41,174 nucleotides of DNA, taken from contig JAUQPY010000031.1 in assembly GCA_030550115.1 (NCBI GenBank), positions 1-41,174 of the forward strand, read 5' to 3'. The translations under genes were made by a program, and so were the position numbers. Positions 25,659 to 34,999 of this stretch are shown piece by piece. Source of the DNA: Candidatus Micrarchaeota archaeon. GTDB taxonomy: Archaea; Micrarchaeota; Micrarchaeia; Anstonellales; J096. Below the pieces are notes generated by a model, which was not told the DNA's origin, made no database searches, and was given only the letters and a program-made list of their open reading frames with translations. Each line of letters begins with the position of its first letter. The stretch's first letter is position 1.

Positions 25659-26494
25659 ATCCAATGATATTTATTCTAGGTTTTCTAGTATTGTTATCTG
25701 GATGTATTGATCTGGGGAGTGGATCCGGAAATACAAAGCAGTGTAGTGCTGACAGCGATTGTAAGCCATATCAAACCTGCTCTGGTGGGAGTTGTGTATT
25801 GAAAGCTGGTGCATGCGAATCTGATAGAGATTGTGATTTCTACCAGGTATGTGATAGGAGAAACAATCAGTGTATTGTTAAAGAAGGGTTCTGTGTGGAT
25901 AATAACCAATGTAAGCTCCACCAATTCTGCAATCTTACCACAAAGAAATGTGATGTAAGACCTGGTTTCTGTGAGAAGAATAGTGATTGTGAGAGTTGGC
26001 AAACTTGTGATACCAAGACTTTTAGATGTGTAGCAAGAGCAGGATATTGTGTGAATGATAAGGATTGTCAATCTTGGGAGAGATGCGGATTGATGAATAG
26101 ATGTGAACCTCTGCCTGGTAGATGTAATGTAGATGGAGATTGTAGATCTTATGAAAAATGTGATAAGAAATCTAATAGGTGTGTCCCTAAAGATGGGTTC
26201 TGTAATGTGGATGGAGATTGTAAGAATTGGGAGTATTGTAATAATAATAAATGTGTAGTACTCCCTGGTAGATGTAATTCAAATTCAGATTGTGCCCAGT
26301 GGGAAACTTGTAATATGAGAAAGAATATATGTGAATTGGCTCCAGGTAGATGTGTATCAAATTCAGATTGTCAATCATGGCAATACTGTGATATAGGAGT
26401 TAAAATGTGTAAGCCCCAACCTGGTAGATGTGCAAGCTCTCAGGATTGTAGAGAGGGACAAATATGCGATACAATGACGAACACCTGCAGATAA
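25655..26494 (+). CDS. Cys-rich repeat lipoprotein
   Basis: Lipobox-like LLSGC signal followed by 10 tandem four-Cys repeats. Confidence 0.88.
   Translation: MNPMIFILGFLVLLSGCIDLGSGSGNTKQCSADSDCKPYQTCSGGSCVLKAGACESDRDCDFYQVCDRRNNQCIVKEGFCVDNNQCKLHQFCNLTTKKCDVRPGFCEKNSDCESWQTCDTKTFRCVARAGYCVNDKDCQSWERCGLMNRCEPLPGRCNVDGDCRSYEKCDKKSNRCVPKDGFCNVDGDCKNWEYCNNNKCVVLPGRCNSNSDCAQWETCNMRKNICELAPGRCVSNSDCQSWQYCDIGVKMCKPQPGRCASSQDCREGQICDTMTNTCR
25742..26488 (+). repeat. Ten tandem ~25-aa repeats C-x5-C-x5-C-x4-6-C-x4-G-x
   Basis: For example CNVDGDCRSYEKCDKKSNRC and CNSNSDCAQWETCNMRKNIC; DNA-level recurrence of cctggtagatgt and tcaaattcagattgt. Confidence 0.9.
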
Positions 26495-26967
26495 AAATTT
26501 TAACTCGCAAGAATCTGGATGAAGTAGTGGAATTTTTAGAAGAGGTTCGAGAGTTAGAGTTAGATGAGGATGAAATAAAAGATATAAATGATATTCTAGT
26601 AGAGGGATATAGTTTTGCCGTGTATGACAATGGGGTTCTATATAGTGTCATATTAATGTATGAAGCTAGTTTTGATGGTATACAAATTCTATTTGACGAG
26701 GAACCTAATGCCCTATCTGTAGAGCCCCATATAGACTATTCTTATGAGAATCTTGATGTTTTAGAAAGAGTAATATTCAGAAACATGAATAGAATAGCTA
26801 GTCAGAATGGATTTGAGTTCTTAGTTATACAATTAGCGAGAACCGTTCGGGAGATAAGAGATTCCCCTAATGATATAGTCCAATCTATAATAAGAGCTGG
26901 ATTCAAATTTATAGAGGCTCCTGATGATGTTACTATAGCATTTAGAGAAGTGAAATCAGAAGAGTGA
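26464..26967 (+). CDS. Acidic hypothetical protein, possible degenerate GNAT fold
   Basis: IKILT..NLDEV, SFAVYDNGVL, A...GF..L, RAGF pattern; no clear acetyl-CoA loop. Confidence 0.5.
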   Translation: MRYNDEHLQIKILTRKNLDEVVEFLEEVRELELDEDEIKDINDILVEGYSFAVYDNGVLYSVILMYEASFDGIQILFDEEPNALSVEPHIDYSYENLDVLERVIFRNMNRIASQNGFEFLVIQLARTVREIRDSPNDIVQSIIRAGFKFIEAPDDVTIAFREVKSEE

Positions 26968-27171
26968 TAGGCTTAGATGTATCACCTTATTATTCTTAAA
27001 CATCTTCCTGTACTGATTATTACTCCAACAATTCTTACATATATTTATTTTCTTTATCATCACATCGTTAGTATTTTTTGATGACTTGATCTTAGATATC
27101 TCTACTACTCTTCCACAGTAATTACATATTTCGGCTTTAGCAACCATCTTACCATCAGATGTCTTGATCAT
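26956..27171 (-). CDS. Small Zn-finger protein
   Basis: CNYC...CKNC; ATGA overlap with carbonic anhydrase. Confidence 0.6.
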   Translation of the reverse strand: MIKTSDGKMVAKAEICNYCGRVVEISKIKSSKNTNDVMIKKINICKNCWSNNQYRKMFKNNKVIHLSLSLF

Positions 27172-27719
27172 ATTCTTTTATTTACAACAATATCTTTTTT
27201 AATCTCCCAGTCCAACTTTACTAAAGATACTTCATTTATATTGTATATATATGCATTTATCTCAAGATTATCAACATCTTTGAAGATCTCTCTAAGTCTT
27301 CTAGCCAATCCAATTACATTTGCCATTTCTAAATCCTCTATATCTGGAGCTTGCCTGATATTTTTATGAATAGCTTGAAATATGGCTGGAAACTCATCAG
27401 AAGCATTTGAAGCATATGCTTTTATAGCTCCACAATCAGTATGCCCTATGATACATATCTCCCTGACCTTTAGATCGTATACAGCGTACTCCAAACTTTC
27501 TAATGCGTAGTTATCCAAACTATTTCCAGCGTTTCTTATAACAAAATTTTCACCAATAAAGCTATCTTTAAAGAGTTCATCTGGAATTCTAGAATCTGAA
27601 CATGTTATAATCACTCTTTTAGGTTTTTGGCCCATCTCTGCAAGATCACGTGCTAATTTGAAATTATTATCTGTAAGACGAGCTCGATTAGTCTCAAAAG
27701 TTCTAATAAGACCGTTCAC
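27168..27719 (-). CDS. can: Beta-class carbonic anhydrase
   Basis: CSDSR, RNAGN, SLEYAV..L, GHTDCGA Zn ligands. Confidence 0.93.
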   Translation of the reverse strand: MNGLIRTFETNRARLTDNNFKLARDLAEMGQKPKRVIITCSDSRIPDELFKDSFIGENFVIRNAGNSLDNYALESLEYAVYDLKVREICIIGHTDCGAIKAYASNASDEFPAIFQAIHKNIRQAPDIEDLEMANVIGLARRLREIFKDVDNLEINAYIYNINEVSLVKLDWEIKKDIVVNKRI

Positions 27720-27776
27720 GTTTGTGTTGTTTTATAAACATATTTTTTTAAATCTATTCCAAACATAAGTTAAGGT

Positions 27777-28847
27777 ATGTCTAAAATTCGAATTGATTTA
27801 AATGTAAAGTTAGATAATAGAACAGATCTTGCAGAGCATTATACTCCTGGTGTTGGTAAGATTGTGGAGATCCTAAGCCAGGACCCCAATAGATCCTTCG
27901 ATCTAACTTATAGAGGGGATTTTGTATCGATATTATCAAATGGTAGCTCTGTTCTTGGATATGGTGATTTGGGTCCAATACCTATGATGCCTGTTCTCGA
28001 AGGCAAGTCATTGATTCTTAAGAGATTCGGGAGAGTGAATCCAGTACCAATCGCAATTAGAGGTACATACAGAGATATATATGATGTTGCTATGAAAATT
28101 CAGGATAATTATTCATTGATAATGATAGAAGATGTGAAAGGTCCTGATTGTATAGAACTTCATGAGATGTTGAACAGAGATTTGCAGATTCCTGTATTCA
28201 ATGATGATATGTTTGGAAGTACTATTGCAGTTCTATCTATACTGAAAAGGGCTTTACTCAGATTGAATAAATCTAATCCTAGAGTGGTCTTATTAGGAGC
28301 AGGTGCAGCTGGATTAACTGTTGCAAAATACATAAGATTAATAGGTGTTAGAGATGTGGTGGTATTTGATTCCAAGGGCTCTCTTAATGAAAACAGAGAG
28401 GATCTGAATAAGTATAAGTTAGAAATAGCTAAGATGTATAAAGTTCCTGAAATATCTCTAAATGAGGCACTCACTGGAGCAGATGTATTCATAGGATTCT
28501 CCAAAGGAAATATCTTAAATCGTTCCCATATTGATATGATGAATAATGATGCAATAGTATTTGCTCTAGCCAATCCAATACCAGAAATAGGCGAAGAAGA
28601 GGCTAAATCGTCTAAAAAGATCGGTGTATATGCAAATGGGAGGAGTGATAATAGGAATCAGATAAACAATGCATTAGTATTTCCATCTGTAGTATCATAC
28701 ATGGCTCTTAAACAGATTAAGTTGGATGACAAATTGATAACCAGAGCTATTGATGCTATAACCTCCTATAACGCTTCTACCTTAGTTCCAGATATATTCG
28801 ATTTGAGGTTTCATAATTATCTGTTTGATCAGCTCATTAACAAGTAA
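27777..28847 (+). CDS. mae: NAD(P)-dependent malic enzyme
   Basis: YTPGVG, VLGYGDLG, PVLEGK, GAGAAG, FALANP.PEI, GRSD..NQINN.L.FP. Confidence 0.92.
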   Translation: MSKIRIDLNVKLDNRTDLAEHYTPGVGKIVEILSQDPNRSFDLTYRGDFVSILSNGSSVLGYGDLGPIPMMPVLEGKSLILKRFGRVNPVPIAIRGTYRDIYDVAMKIQDNYSLIMIEDVKGPDCIELHEMLNRDLQIPVFNDDMFGSTIAVLSILKRALLRLNKSNPRVVLLGAGAAGLTVAKYIRLIGVRDVVVFDSKGSLNENREDLNKYKLEIAKMYKVPEISLNEALTGADVFIGFSKGNILNRSHIDMMNNDAIVFALANPIPEIGEEEAKSSKKIGVYANGRSDNRNQINNALVFPSVVSYMALKQIKLDDKLITRAIDAITSYNASTLVPDIFDLRFHNYLFDQLINK

Positions 28848-30456
28848 ATATATATTCATTCTCCCTGTCTTTTATTACATAACCCAATCTATTTAGATAG
28901 AGTCGATCATTGTTGTAATATTTATCCGATATAACACCTTCGATGATTTCCATGGAATTAGGATTGAGCTCTTCTTCCCCTAAAAACAGTTCTCTGGGAA
29001 TTTTTACTCTTATGGTTTGAGGTTTCTCCACCCAATCTGTGACTGGTAATTGATTATCGGAAGGATAGCTTACAAAAACACCATTAATGTTCTTGACAAC
29101 TCCTAAACCTCTGAGATTCAGAATATCAGAATATTCTTTTTCATCAATATAGAGAGTCCCTTCCCAGAGAAATCTCTCCCCTTCTCTTTCTACTACTATC
29201 CTTGTAGATATCATCTTTGGATTCTTTATGAATGGAATTTTAGGGATATCTTTCATTTTCCTATCCATTATTTCTCGATTTATATTTAGCAACATATCCC
29301 AACCTACTTCGGTCTCCTGCTTACCTGGACCGAATCTAGATATGAACTCTTTTATAGCTGCGGGCAGTATCCCTCTTCTTCTAAGAGCCCTAACCGTAGT
29401 TAGTCTAGGATCATCCCAACCATCTACTATTCCCCTCTCTACAAGTTCTCTAATTTTTCTCTTAGATGTAACACTACCTCTAATCTCCAATCTGGAGAAA
29501 TGTATCAGGATTATATCCCTCAGTCCTAAATCTCTTAAGATAGAATGATAAAGCTCAGTTCTTAGTTCATACTCTTTGGATCTTAAAGCATGAGATACCA
29601 TCTGAATACTATCTAGAATAGGTGTGGCAAAATCGTAAGTTGGCCAGAATTTATACTTGGTCTTGTGTCTATAATGTGGGTGATTCACCACTCGGAACAT
29701 GGTTGGATCCCTCATAACAGTATTACTTGATGTCAGATCACCTTTATATAGTGCAACAATCTCCCCCTCGTCATAATCTCCATTAACAGCTGCTCTGAAC
29801 ATTTCTAGATTCTCCTCTACACTATTATTTCTTTCTGATACGGGAATCCCCTCCTTTCTCATTTTAGATATTTCCTCCTGACTAGCTAGGGTGAGATACA
29901 TTTTATCTGCAGCTATCAATTTCTCCGCATATTTATACAGAACATCCATATAATCTGAGGAATGTGTGACGTCTGAAAATTTGATCTTTAGCCACTCTAA
30001 ATCTTCTATCATAGCTCTTTCAAACTCTTCAGATACTTTCTCCGGATTAGTATCATCAAATCTTAATATCAATTTCCCAGAATACTTTTCTAGGTAGAAT
30101 GTGTTTAGAAAAACAGATTTACAATGTCCTATATGCATATATCCTGAGGGTTCAGGGGCAAATCTTAGTACTATATAGCTAGGATCGTTAGGTAATAAGT
30201 ATCTCTTCTCATCTCTCACATACTCCTGGTAATTATATTGAGCTAGCTCTTTCTCCGCCTCTCCTAGATCCATGTTGTTAACAGAATTAATTATGTTATT
30301 AAGTATTGGTATGATCTCTTTTACTCTTGTTTTTAGCTCTGGATGTTCATATAGAACCCAACTCACCGTAGATTTAAGATCAGCTTTACCATAATCTATT
30401 CTATTCTTGAGCGCCTGTTTTCTAAAATCATTATAATACCTCTCTAAATCATCCAT
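28837..30456 (-). CDS. gltX: Glutamyl-tRNA synthetase (archaeal)
   Basis: RFAPEPSG.MHIGH, RFDDTNP, RDP, WPTYDF, SKRK, GWDDPRL. Confidence 0.96.
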   Translation of the reverse strand: MDDLERYYNDFRKQALKNRIDYGKADLKSTVSWVLYEHPELKTRVKEIIPILNNIINSVNNMDLGEAEKELAQYNYQEYVRDEKRYLLPNDPSYIVLRFAPEPSGYMHIGHCKSVFLNTFYLEKYSGKLILRFDDTNPEKVSEEFERAMIEDLEWLKIKFSDVTHSSDYMDVLYKYAEKLIAADKMYLTLASQEEISKMRKEGIPVSERNNSVEENLEMFRAAVNGDYDEGEIVALYKGDLTSSNTVMRDPTMFRVVNHPHYRHKTKYKFWPTYDFATPILDSIQMVSHALRSKEYELRTELYHSILRDLGLRDIILIHFSRLEIRGSVTSKRKIRELVERGIVDGWDDPRLTTVRALRRRGILPAAIKEFISRFGPGKQETEVGWDMLLNINREIMDRKMKDIPKIPFIKNPKMISTRIVVEREGERFLWEGTLYIDEKEYSDILNLRGLGVVKNINGVFVSYPSDNQLPVTDWVEKPQTIRVKIPRELFLGEEELNPNSMEIIEGVISDKYYNNDRLYLNRLGYVIKDRENEYIFTC

Positions 30457-30478
30457 GCTATTTTTATAGAATACTTAT

Positions 30479-31306
30479 TTAAAAGTTCAACTCTTCATAG
30501 ATCCTGTTCTTCTCCTCTTTGGGAAGTGCTACTAGGGAGAATATAAGGAGCTTGGATAGATACAAAGCCTGTTCAGTATCGTAGAAAGCCAGTAATCCGA
30601 GGTAAGTACTCTTGATCAATTCTATTAATTTCTGTTTATTTTCTTCTATTTTAGTCTGTATTGCAGGTAAATTTGTTCTATTGATAAGTTTTCTGAGTTC
30701 AATAATTTTCCTATCTAAATAGAATATCTCTAAAAATTTCTCTCTTATGGATTTGGGTAATAGCATAGGATTATAACCTAATGGAAAACTGTAGCTGCCC
30801 AACAGATATTCTATTATTTCTGGCTTATATTCGATATTGTTCTCTAGTGCAAATACAACTGCCTGCATTTTCATTATCCTATCCACTACATCATCGCTAT
30901 AATTGATAGCTCTGTCCACCATACCCTGAATAGCAGATTTCTCAACAACAGTCCCTTTGGATCTGAAGTAATCGTATATTAGATAAACTATCGGATCGTA
31001 TTCCCCCTGCGAATATGGTTTTATGTTATGTATTAGGATCTCTATGTATTCTTTCAATTCTGGACTCTGATTAATACGTTCTAGAAGTTGATTTGCCTCC
31101 TGTATGGTTAATCTTAGCTCTACAAGGATCTGAATTGCCTTTTTTATGTATTCATCATCCAGATGTCTCTGAAAAAGTTTGATATATATGATAGCTAGTG
31201 ATAACTTATCCTCATCAGATAGATGTTTAGCTTTTCTGAATGCATATTCTGCTAACTGTACATACCCATTTGCATATAATACTTTTGCAGCGATATTATA
31301 TATCAT
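30479..31306 (-). CDS. Hypothetical all-helical (TPR-like N-terminus) protein
   Basis: A..LY..G....A..AF.KA pattern; ATGA overlap with the SMC-like gene. Confidence 0.65.
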   Translation of the reverse strand: MIYNIAAKVLYANGYVQLAEYAFRKAKHLSDEDKLSLAIIYIKLFQRHLDDEYIKKAIQILVELRLTIQEANQLLERINQSPELKEYIEILIHNIKPYSQGEYDPIVYLIYDYFRSKGTVVEKSAIQGMVDRAINYSDDVVDRIMKMQAVVFALENNIEYKPEIIEYLLGSYSFPLGYNPMLLPKSIREKFLEIFYLDRKIIELRKLINRTNLPAIQTKIEENKQKLIELIKSTYLGLLAFYDTEQALYLSKLLIFSLVALPKEEKNRIYEELNF

Positions 31307-33555
31307 AACAATACTTTACTATAATTTACAGATCCATCCTTGCTCTTTTCTCTGAATACTTGGATAACCTGATTCCACATCACATTATTCTTTAATCTAT
31401 CATCATGTGTTATTATTATAAATTGATCTATATGATCTAAACTCAGTCTATTGATATTGTCTACAAGATTATCTATTGAAGAATCATCTAGATTATGGGT
31501 TGGTTCATCTAGTATTATAACTCTTAATCTCCTAGTGATCAGATTCAGAATGGCCAGTCTCAATGATAGAGCATAAATAGTTTTCTCCCCTCCACTCAAT
31601 CGATCAGCGGAAACCTCATTATCTCCTATGGAGATCTTCAATTCATATCCATCAGATTTATCTACAGCTATCTTTGGATCATTGTAAACTACACCTGCGT
31701 AAAGAGAATTCCAGAATAGACCCATACCTAGATTGATGTTCTGTATATATACTTGTCTATTTTTCGTCTGTAGATCTGAAATTCTATTCTTTATCTCCTC
31801 TAATTCTTTCTGCAAAGCTCTTAATATCTCCACACGCTCTATTTTCCTTTTCATATCTTCAATATCTCTCTCCAGTATCTCTATAGACTTCTGGAACTCT
31901 TTGCTCTGATTAGTTAGTAGGTTTATTTCTGATTTAGTACGTTTTATAGCCTCTTGTAATTCTACATATCTTTTAGACCATTCTCTGTATATTTTATCGT
32001 TTATCTCTAGTGATTTGAGTGTTTGATCTATCGATTCTAAGTTTTTAACAAAATTTTCCAACTCCTGCCTCAACTCTAATAATCTTTTCTGATCTTTCTT
32101 ATAAGATTCTATATTTCCAAGTGCTCTAGATATCTGGTCTCTGCGTCTCTCCAATTCTTTACCATAATCAGAAGGGATTTTACTCATGATATCTTTAAGT
32201 TGTTCGGAGACACTATTCTTATCATTCTTCAATTTCTCCAACTCTTGCTCCAGAACATTTAACTCATTCCGGATAGAACTGATCTCGGCTTCAATCCTTT
32301 TGGTATCATTATTAACTCTTTCTAATTCATTACTCCATCTACTCTTCTGTTCATTGTACTTAATATGAAGATATAATGCTGCTATCCCAAAAACTATAGC
32401 AGGTAATAAGGCAAGATTTATTACAAATATCCCAATTCCAAGAGCACCCATAGCTAAAATTAAAGCTATTATAAAAGTTAAATTTGAGGGTTTGGACCTG
32501 TTCAGTTGTTCCAACTCCTTTCTTAATGTATCTAATTCAAGATTACGCTCCTGCAAGGTTCTATACAAATCTTCTCTATTTCTAAATACACTATCGTACT
32601 TCTGATTGAGCTGATTCTGCAGATCATTCAATTTCATCGATTGATCTGTATATAACCTAAACTGCTCAATCTCCTTCTCTAGCTGCAATCGTTTCTCTTC
32701 TAATACTTCTGGATCCTCTAACTGAGTATTGCTGATTATCTGTTGCAATTTTTTAATATCCTGATTTAACCTATCTATCTTGGTTTCAGTTGCTATTTTT
32801 TTATCTCTGTATTGAATATATGTATTGTATTTCTGTTCTATTGTTTCCTTCTGTTTAGTCATACTCTCATAATCATTCTGCAATGATCTGAATTGTGAGT
32901 TCAACTCCTCTATTCTGGAGAGAGTGGTTTGATATCCTGATTTGAGTCTCTCCAATTCTTTCTGCTTAGTTCTATAACCATCCAAATCAATCTCCGTCTG
33001 CTTTATCTGATCTTTGATCCTATTTATTATCTTAGTTATCTTATCTATTCTATCCTGTATCTCTTCTATTCCCAATACTCTATCTATATTTAGCTTTAGC
33101 TCTTTAGGAGGCATGTTTATTAGCTGATATATATTGTCTTGAGCTCCATAGAATACATTACCAAATAATCTTTCGTCTATATTCAGAACCCGAGTAATAT
33201 GTTTTAGTATTTCATCATCATTTTCAGATATAAGATTTGAGTTATAATATAGCGCAGATCTACTCGGCTTATCTCTATATAAATTCCTAACGATTCTGAA
33301 ATTCTTCCCATCAACAGAAAACTCAATCTCTACCTTTGCAGACTTCTCCCCATCTCGTATGAAATTCCTCCTATTCTGCTTATTAATCCCTCTGTAACTA
33401 GTCTTTACTTCACCGAATAGAGCAAACACAATTCCTTCTACAATACTAGTCTTCCCAGAACCATTCTTACCATGAATTAATATCTTACCATGTCTAAAGG
33501 AGATCTGTGTATCTCGATGAGACATCCAATTCTGCAGTATTAATTTTTGTATCAT
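31303..33555 (-). CDS. Rad50/SbcC-like SMC ATPase with central transmembrane hairpin
   Basis: Walker A GKNGSGKT, Q-loop YGAQ, long coiled coils, signature LSGGE, Walker B ILDEPT, D-loop NLD, H-loop ITHD; hydrophobic residues 359-398; no Cys. Confidence 0.9.
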   Translation of the reverse strand: MIQKLILQNWMSHRDTQISFRHGKILIHGKNGSGKTSIVEGIVFALFGEVKTSYRGINKQNRRNFIRDGEKSAKVEIEFSVDGKNFRIVRNLYRDKPSRSALYYNSNLISENDDEILKHITRVLNIDERLFGNVFYGAQDNIYQLINMPPKELKLNIDRVLGIEEIQDRIDKITKIINRIKDQIKQTEIDLDGYRTKQKELERLKSGYQTTLSRIEELNSQFRSLQNDYESMTKQKETIEQKYNTYIQYRDKKIATETKIDRLNQDIKKLQQIISNTQLEDPEVLEEKRLQLEKEIEQFRLYTDQSMKLNDLQNQLNQKYDSVFRNREDLYRTLQERNLELDTLRKELEQLNRSKPSNLTFIIALILAMGALGIGIFVINLALLPAIVFGIAALYLHIKYNEQKSRWSNELERVNNDTKRIEAEISSIRNELNVLEQELEKLKNDKNSVSEQLKDIMSKIPSDYGKELERRRDQISRALGNIESYKKDQKRLLELRQELENFVKNLESIDQTLKSLEINDKIYREWSKRYVELQEAIKRTKSEINLLTNQSKEFQKSIEILERDIEDMKRKIERVEILRALQKELEEIKNRISDLQTKNRQVYIQNINLGMGLFWNSLYAGVVYNDPKIAVDKSDGYELKISIGDNEVSADRLSGGEKTIYALSLRLAILNLITRRLRVIILDEPTHNLDDSSIDNLVDNINRLSLDHIDQFIIITHDDRLKNNVMWNQVIQVFREKSKDGSVNYSKVLL

Positions 33556-34289
33556 ATTTTTCTAATTGATAGAGAAAACTTATTAAAATATAAATTAGCC
33601 CCTAGAATCACAAGGAATGGTACTATTATAAATATGTTTATTATCAACATTATAATTCTAACAATATCCAATGGAAATACTAGACCAAATATGAAGATTA
33701 GAATTAGATTTATTATCAAGCCTATAGCAGAATACATAATAGGATAGATTGCTAGCTCTTTTCTAAAAATATATAGTTTCCTAATTGCTCTATCAAAATC
33801 GACTTCTTCTATAACAATAGCGTATGGTATAAATAGGAATATATAGCTGATTAGGAAGAATATTATAGAGAGTATCATCGGATCCCATGCATTTACATAC
33901 CATAACACTGAGAGATTGAACTGTATCAGAAACCAGATTATAAATATCTTATAAACCTCTGGAAAACTAGAGGTGATGTTTTTTATAAACACACTTGGAT
34001 ATATTCTATCGGCTCTGTATTCTTTGGTAGCTACTGTTAATATAATCAGAGATAGGGTATAGAGTGCAATAACGATCAGAAAAGAGAATAGTGCAAATAT
34101 GAACTCGAGTAGATTTATTTCAGTTATCTTAGATATACGCAGGAATATTCCTGTAACTGAAATATATATGTAATCTTGAAAGGTCAATATTAGAATACCC
34201 GTGACTATAAGTATAACAAATCCTAATAATATGATCAGATCATACGCCTGTTTAAATATCTCTATACTACTTTTAATCTCAAATATCAT
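33552..34289 (-). CDS. Multi-pass membrane protein (about 6 TM)
   Basis: Strongly hydrophobic ORF; ATG 34289 preferred (TATA 27 nt upstream, avoids overlap with the divergent gene); ATGA overlap with the SMC-like gene. Confidence 0.75.
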   Translation of the reverse strand: MIFEIKSSIEIFKQAYDLIILLGFVILIVTGILILTFQDYIYISVTGIFLRISKITEINLLEFIFALFSFLIVIALYTLSLIILTVATKEYRADRIYPSVFIKNITSSFPEVYKIFIIWFLIQFNLSVLWYVNAWDPMILSIIFFLISYIFLFIPYAIVIEEVDFDRAIRKLYIFRKELAIYPIMYSAIGLIINLILIFIFGLVFPLDIVRIIMLIINIFIIVPFLVILGANLYFNKFSLSIRKI

Positions 34290-34333
34290 ATATATATTAA
34301 AACCTAAGTTTTTAAATATAAACAGGTGATTCC

Positions 34334-34999
34334 ATGAGAAACTTATTAGATGCCGAGACAAGAAAGATCCTAACAGATTATCTGAGCAAGATGGAGAGCC
34401 AGGTAGAACTAGTTGTTATTCTAGATCACAATTCCCCAAATTGTGTTTACTGTAAAGATATACAACAACTGTTTACAGAACTAGCCGAATTGAATATACC
34501 TAAACTGAAGATAACTATATTTGATAAATATCATCCTGAATTTGAGAAGAGATATGGAATACGTGAATCTGATGTTCCTGCTATTGTGTTTGTGAATAAT
34601 AATATAAAAGGACAGATAGTCTATAGAGGCGTTCCATCAGAACAGGAATTTAGTGTATTTATAGAGACTATATTAGAGGTATCATTGGGACACATACATA
34701 TCCCTCAGGAACAAATAGAGAAATTAAATAGAATCGATAAGAAAATTAAGATAAATGTCTATGTAACCCCAACATGTCCATACTGTCCAACAGCAGTAGC
34801 AATGGCATTTGCAACAGCAATGGTTAATCCAAATCTCTCAGCACATGCAGTTGAAGTGACCGAATTTGAGGAGGAGGGAGCTAAATACAATATAAGAGCT
34901 GTACCTACAATAGTTATAAATGATGGAGCAGTTAAATTTGAGGGAGCATTGCCCTTGGATCGATTTATAGCTAAGATTGAGGAAGCTGCAAAGAAATGA
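34334..34999 (+). CDS. pdo: Protein disulfide oxidoreductase (two thioredoxin folds)
   Basis: CVYC and CPYC, RGVPS..EF, AVP.IVIN, FEGA.P. Confidence 0.9.
   Translation: MRNLLDAETRKILTDYLSKMESQVELVVILDHNSPNCVYCKDIQQLFTELAELNIPKLKITIFDKYHPEFEKRYGIRESDVPAIVFVNNNIKGQIVYRGVPSEQEFSVFIETILEVSLGHIHIPQEQIEKLNRIDKKIKINVYVTPTCPYCPTAVAMAFATAMVNPNLSAHAVEVTEFEEEGAKYNIRAVPTIVINDGAVKFEGALPLDRFIAKIEEAAKK

Noticed and set aside
25742-26488. CRISPR-like periodic sequence
   Set aside because: Repeats are degenerate, in frame and protein-coding; no invariant repeat-spacer structure and no cas genes
31303-33555. Canonical rad50
   Set aside because: No CxxC hook and no adjacent mre11, nurA or herA, so the symbol was withheld
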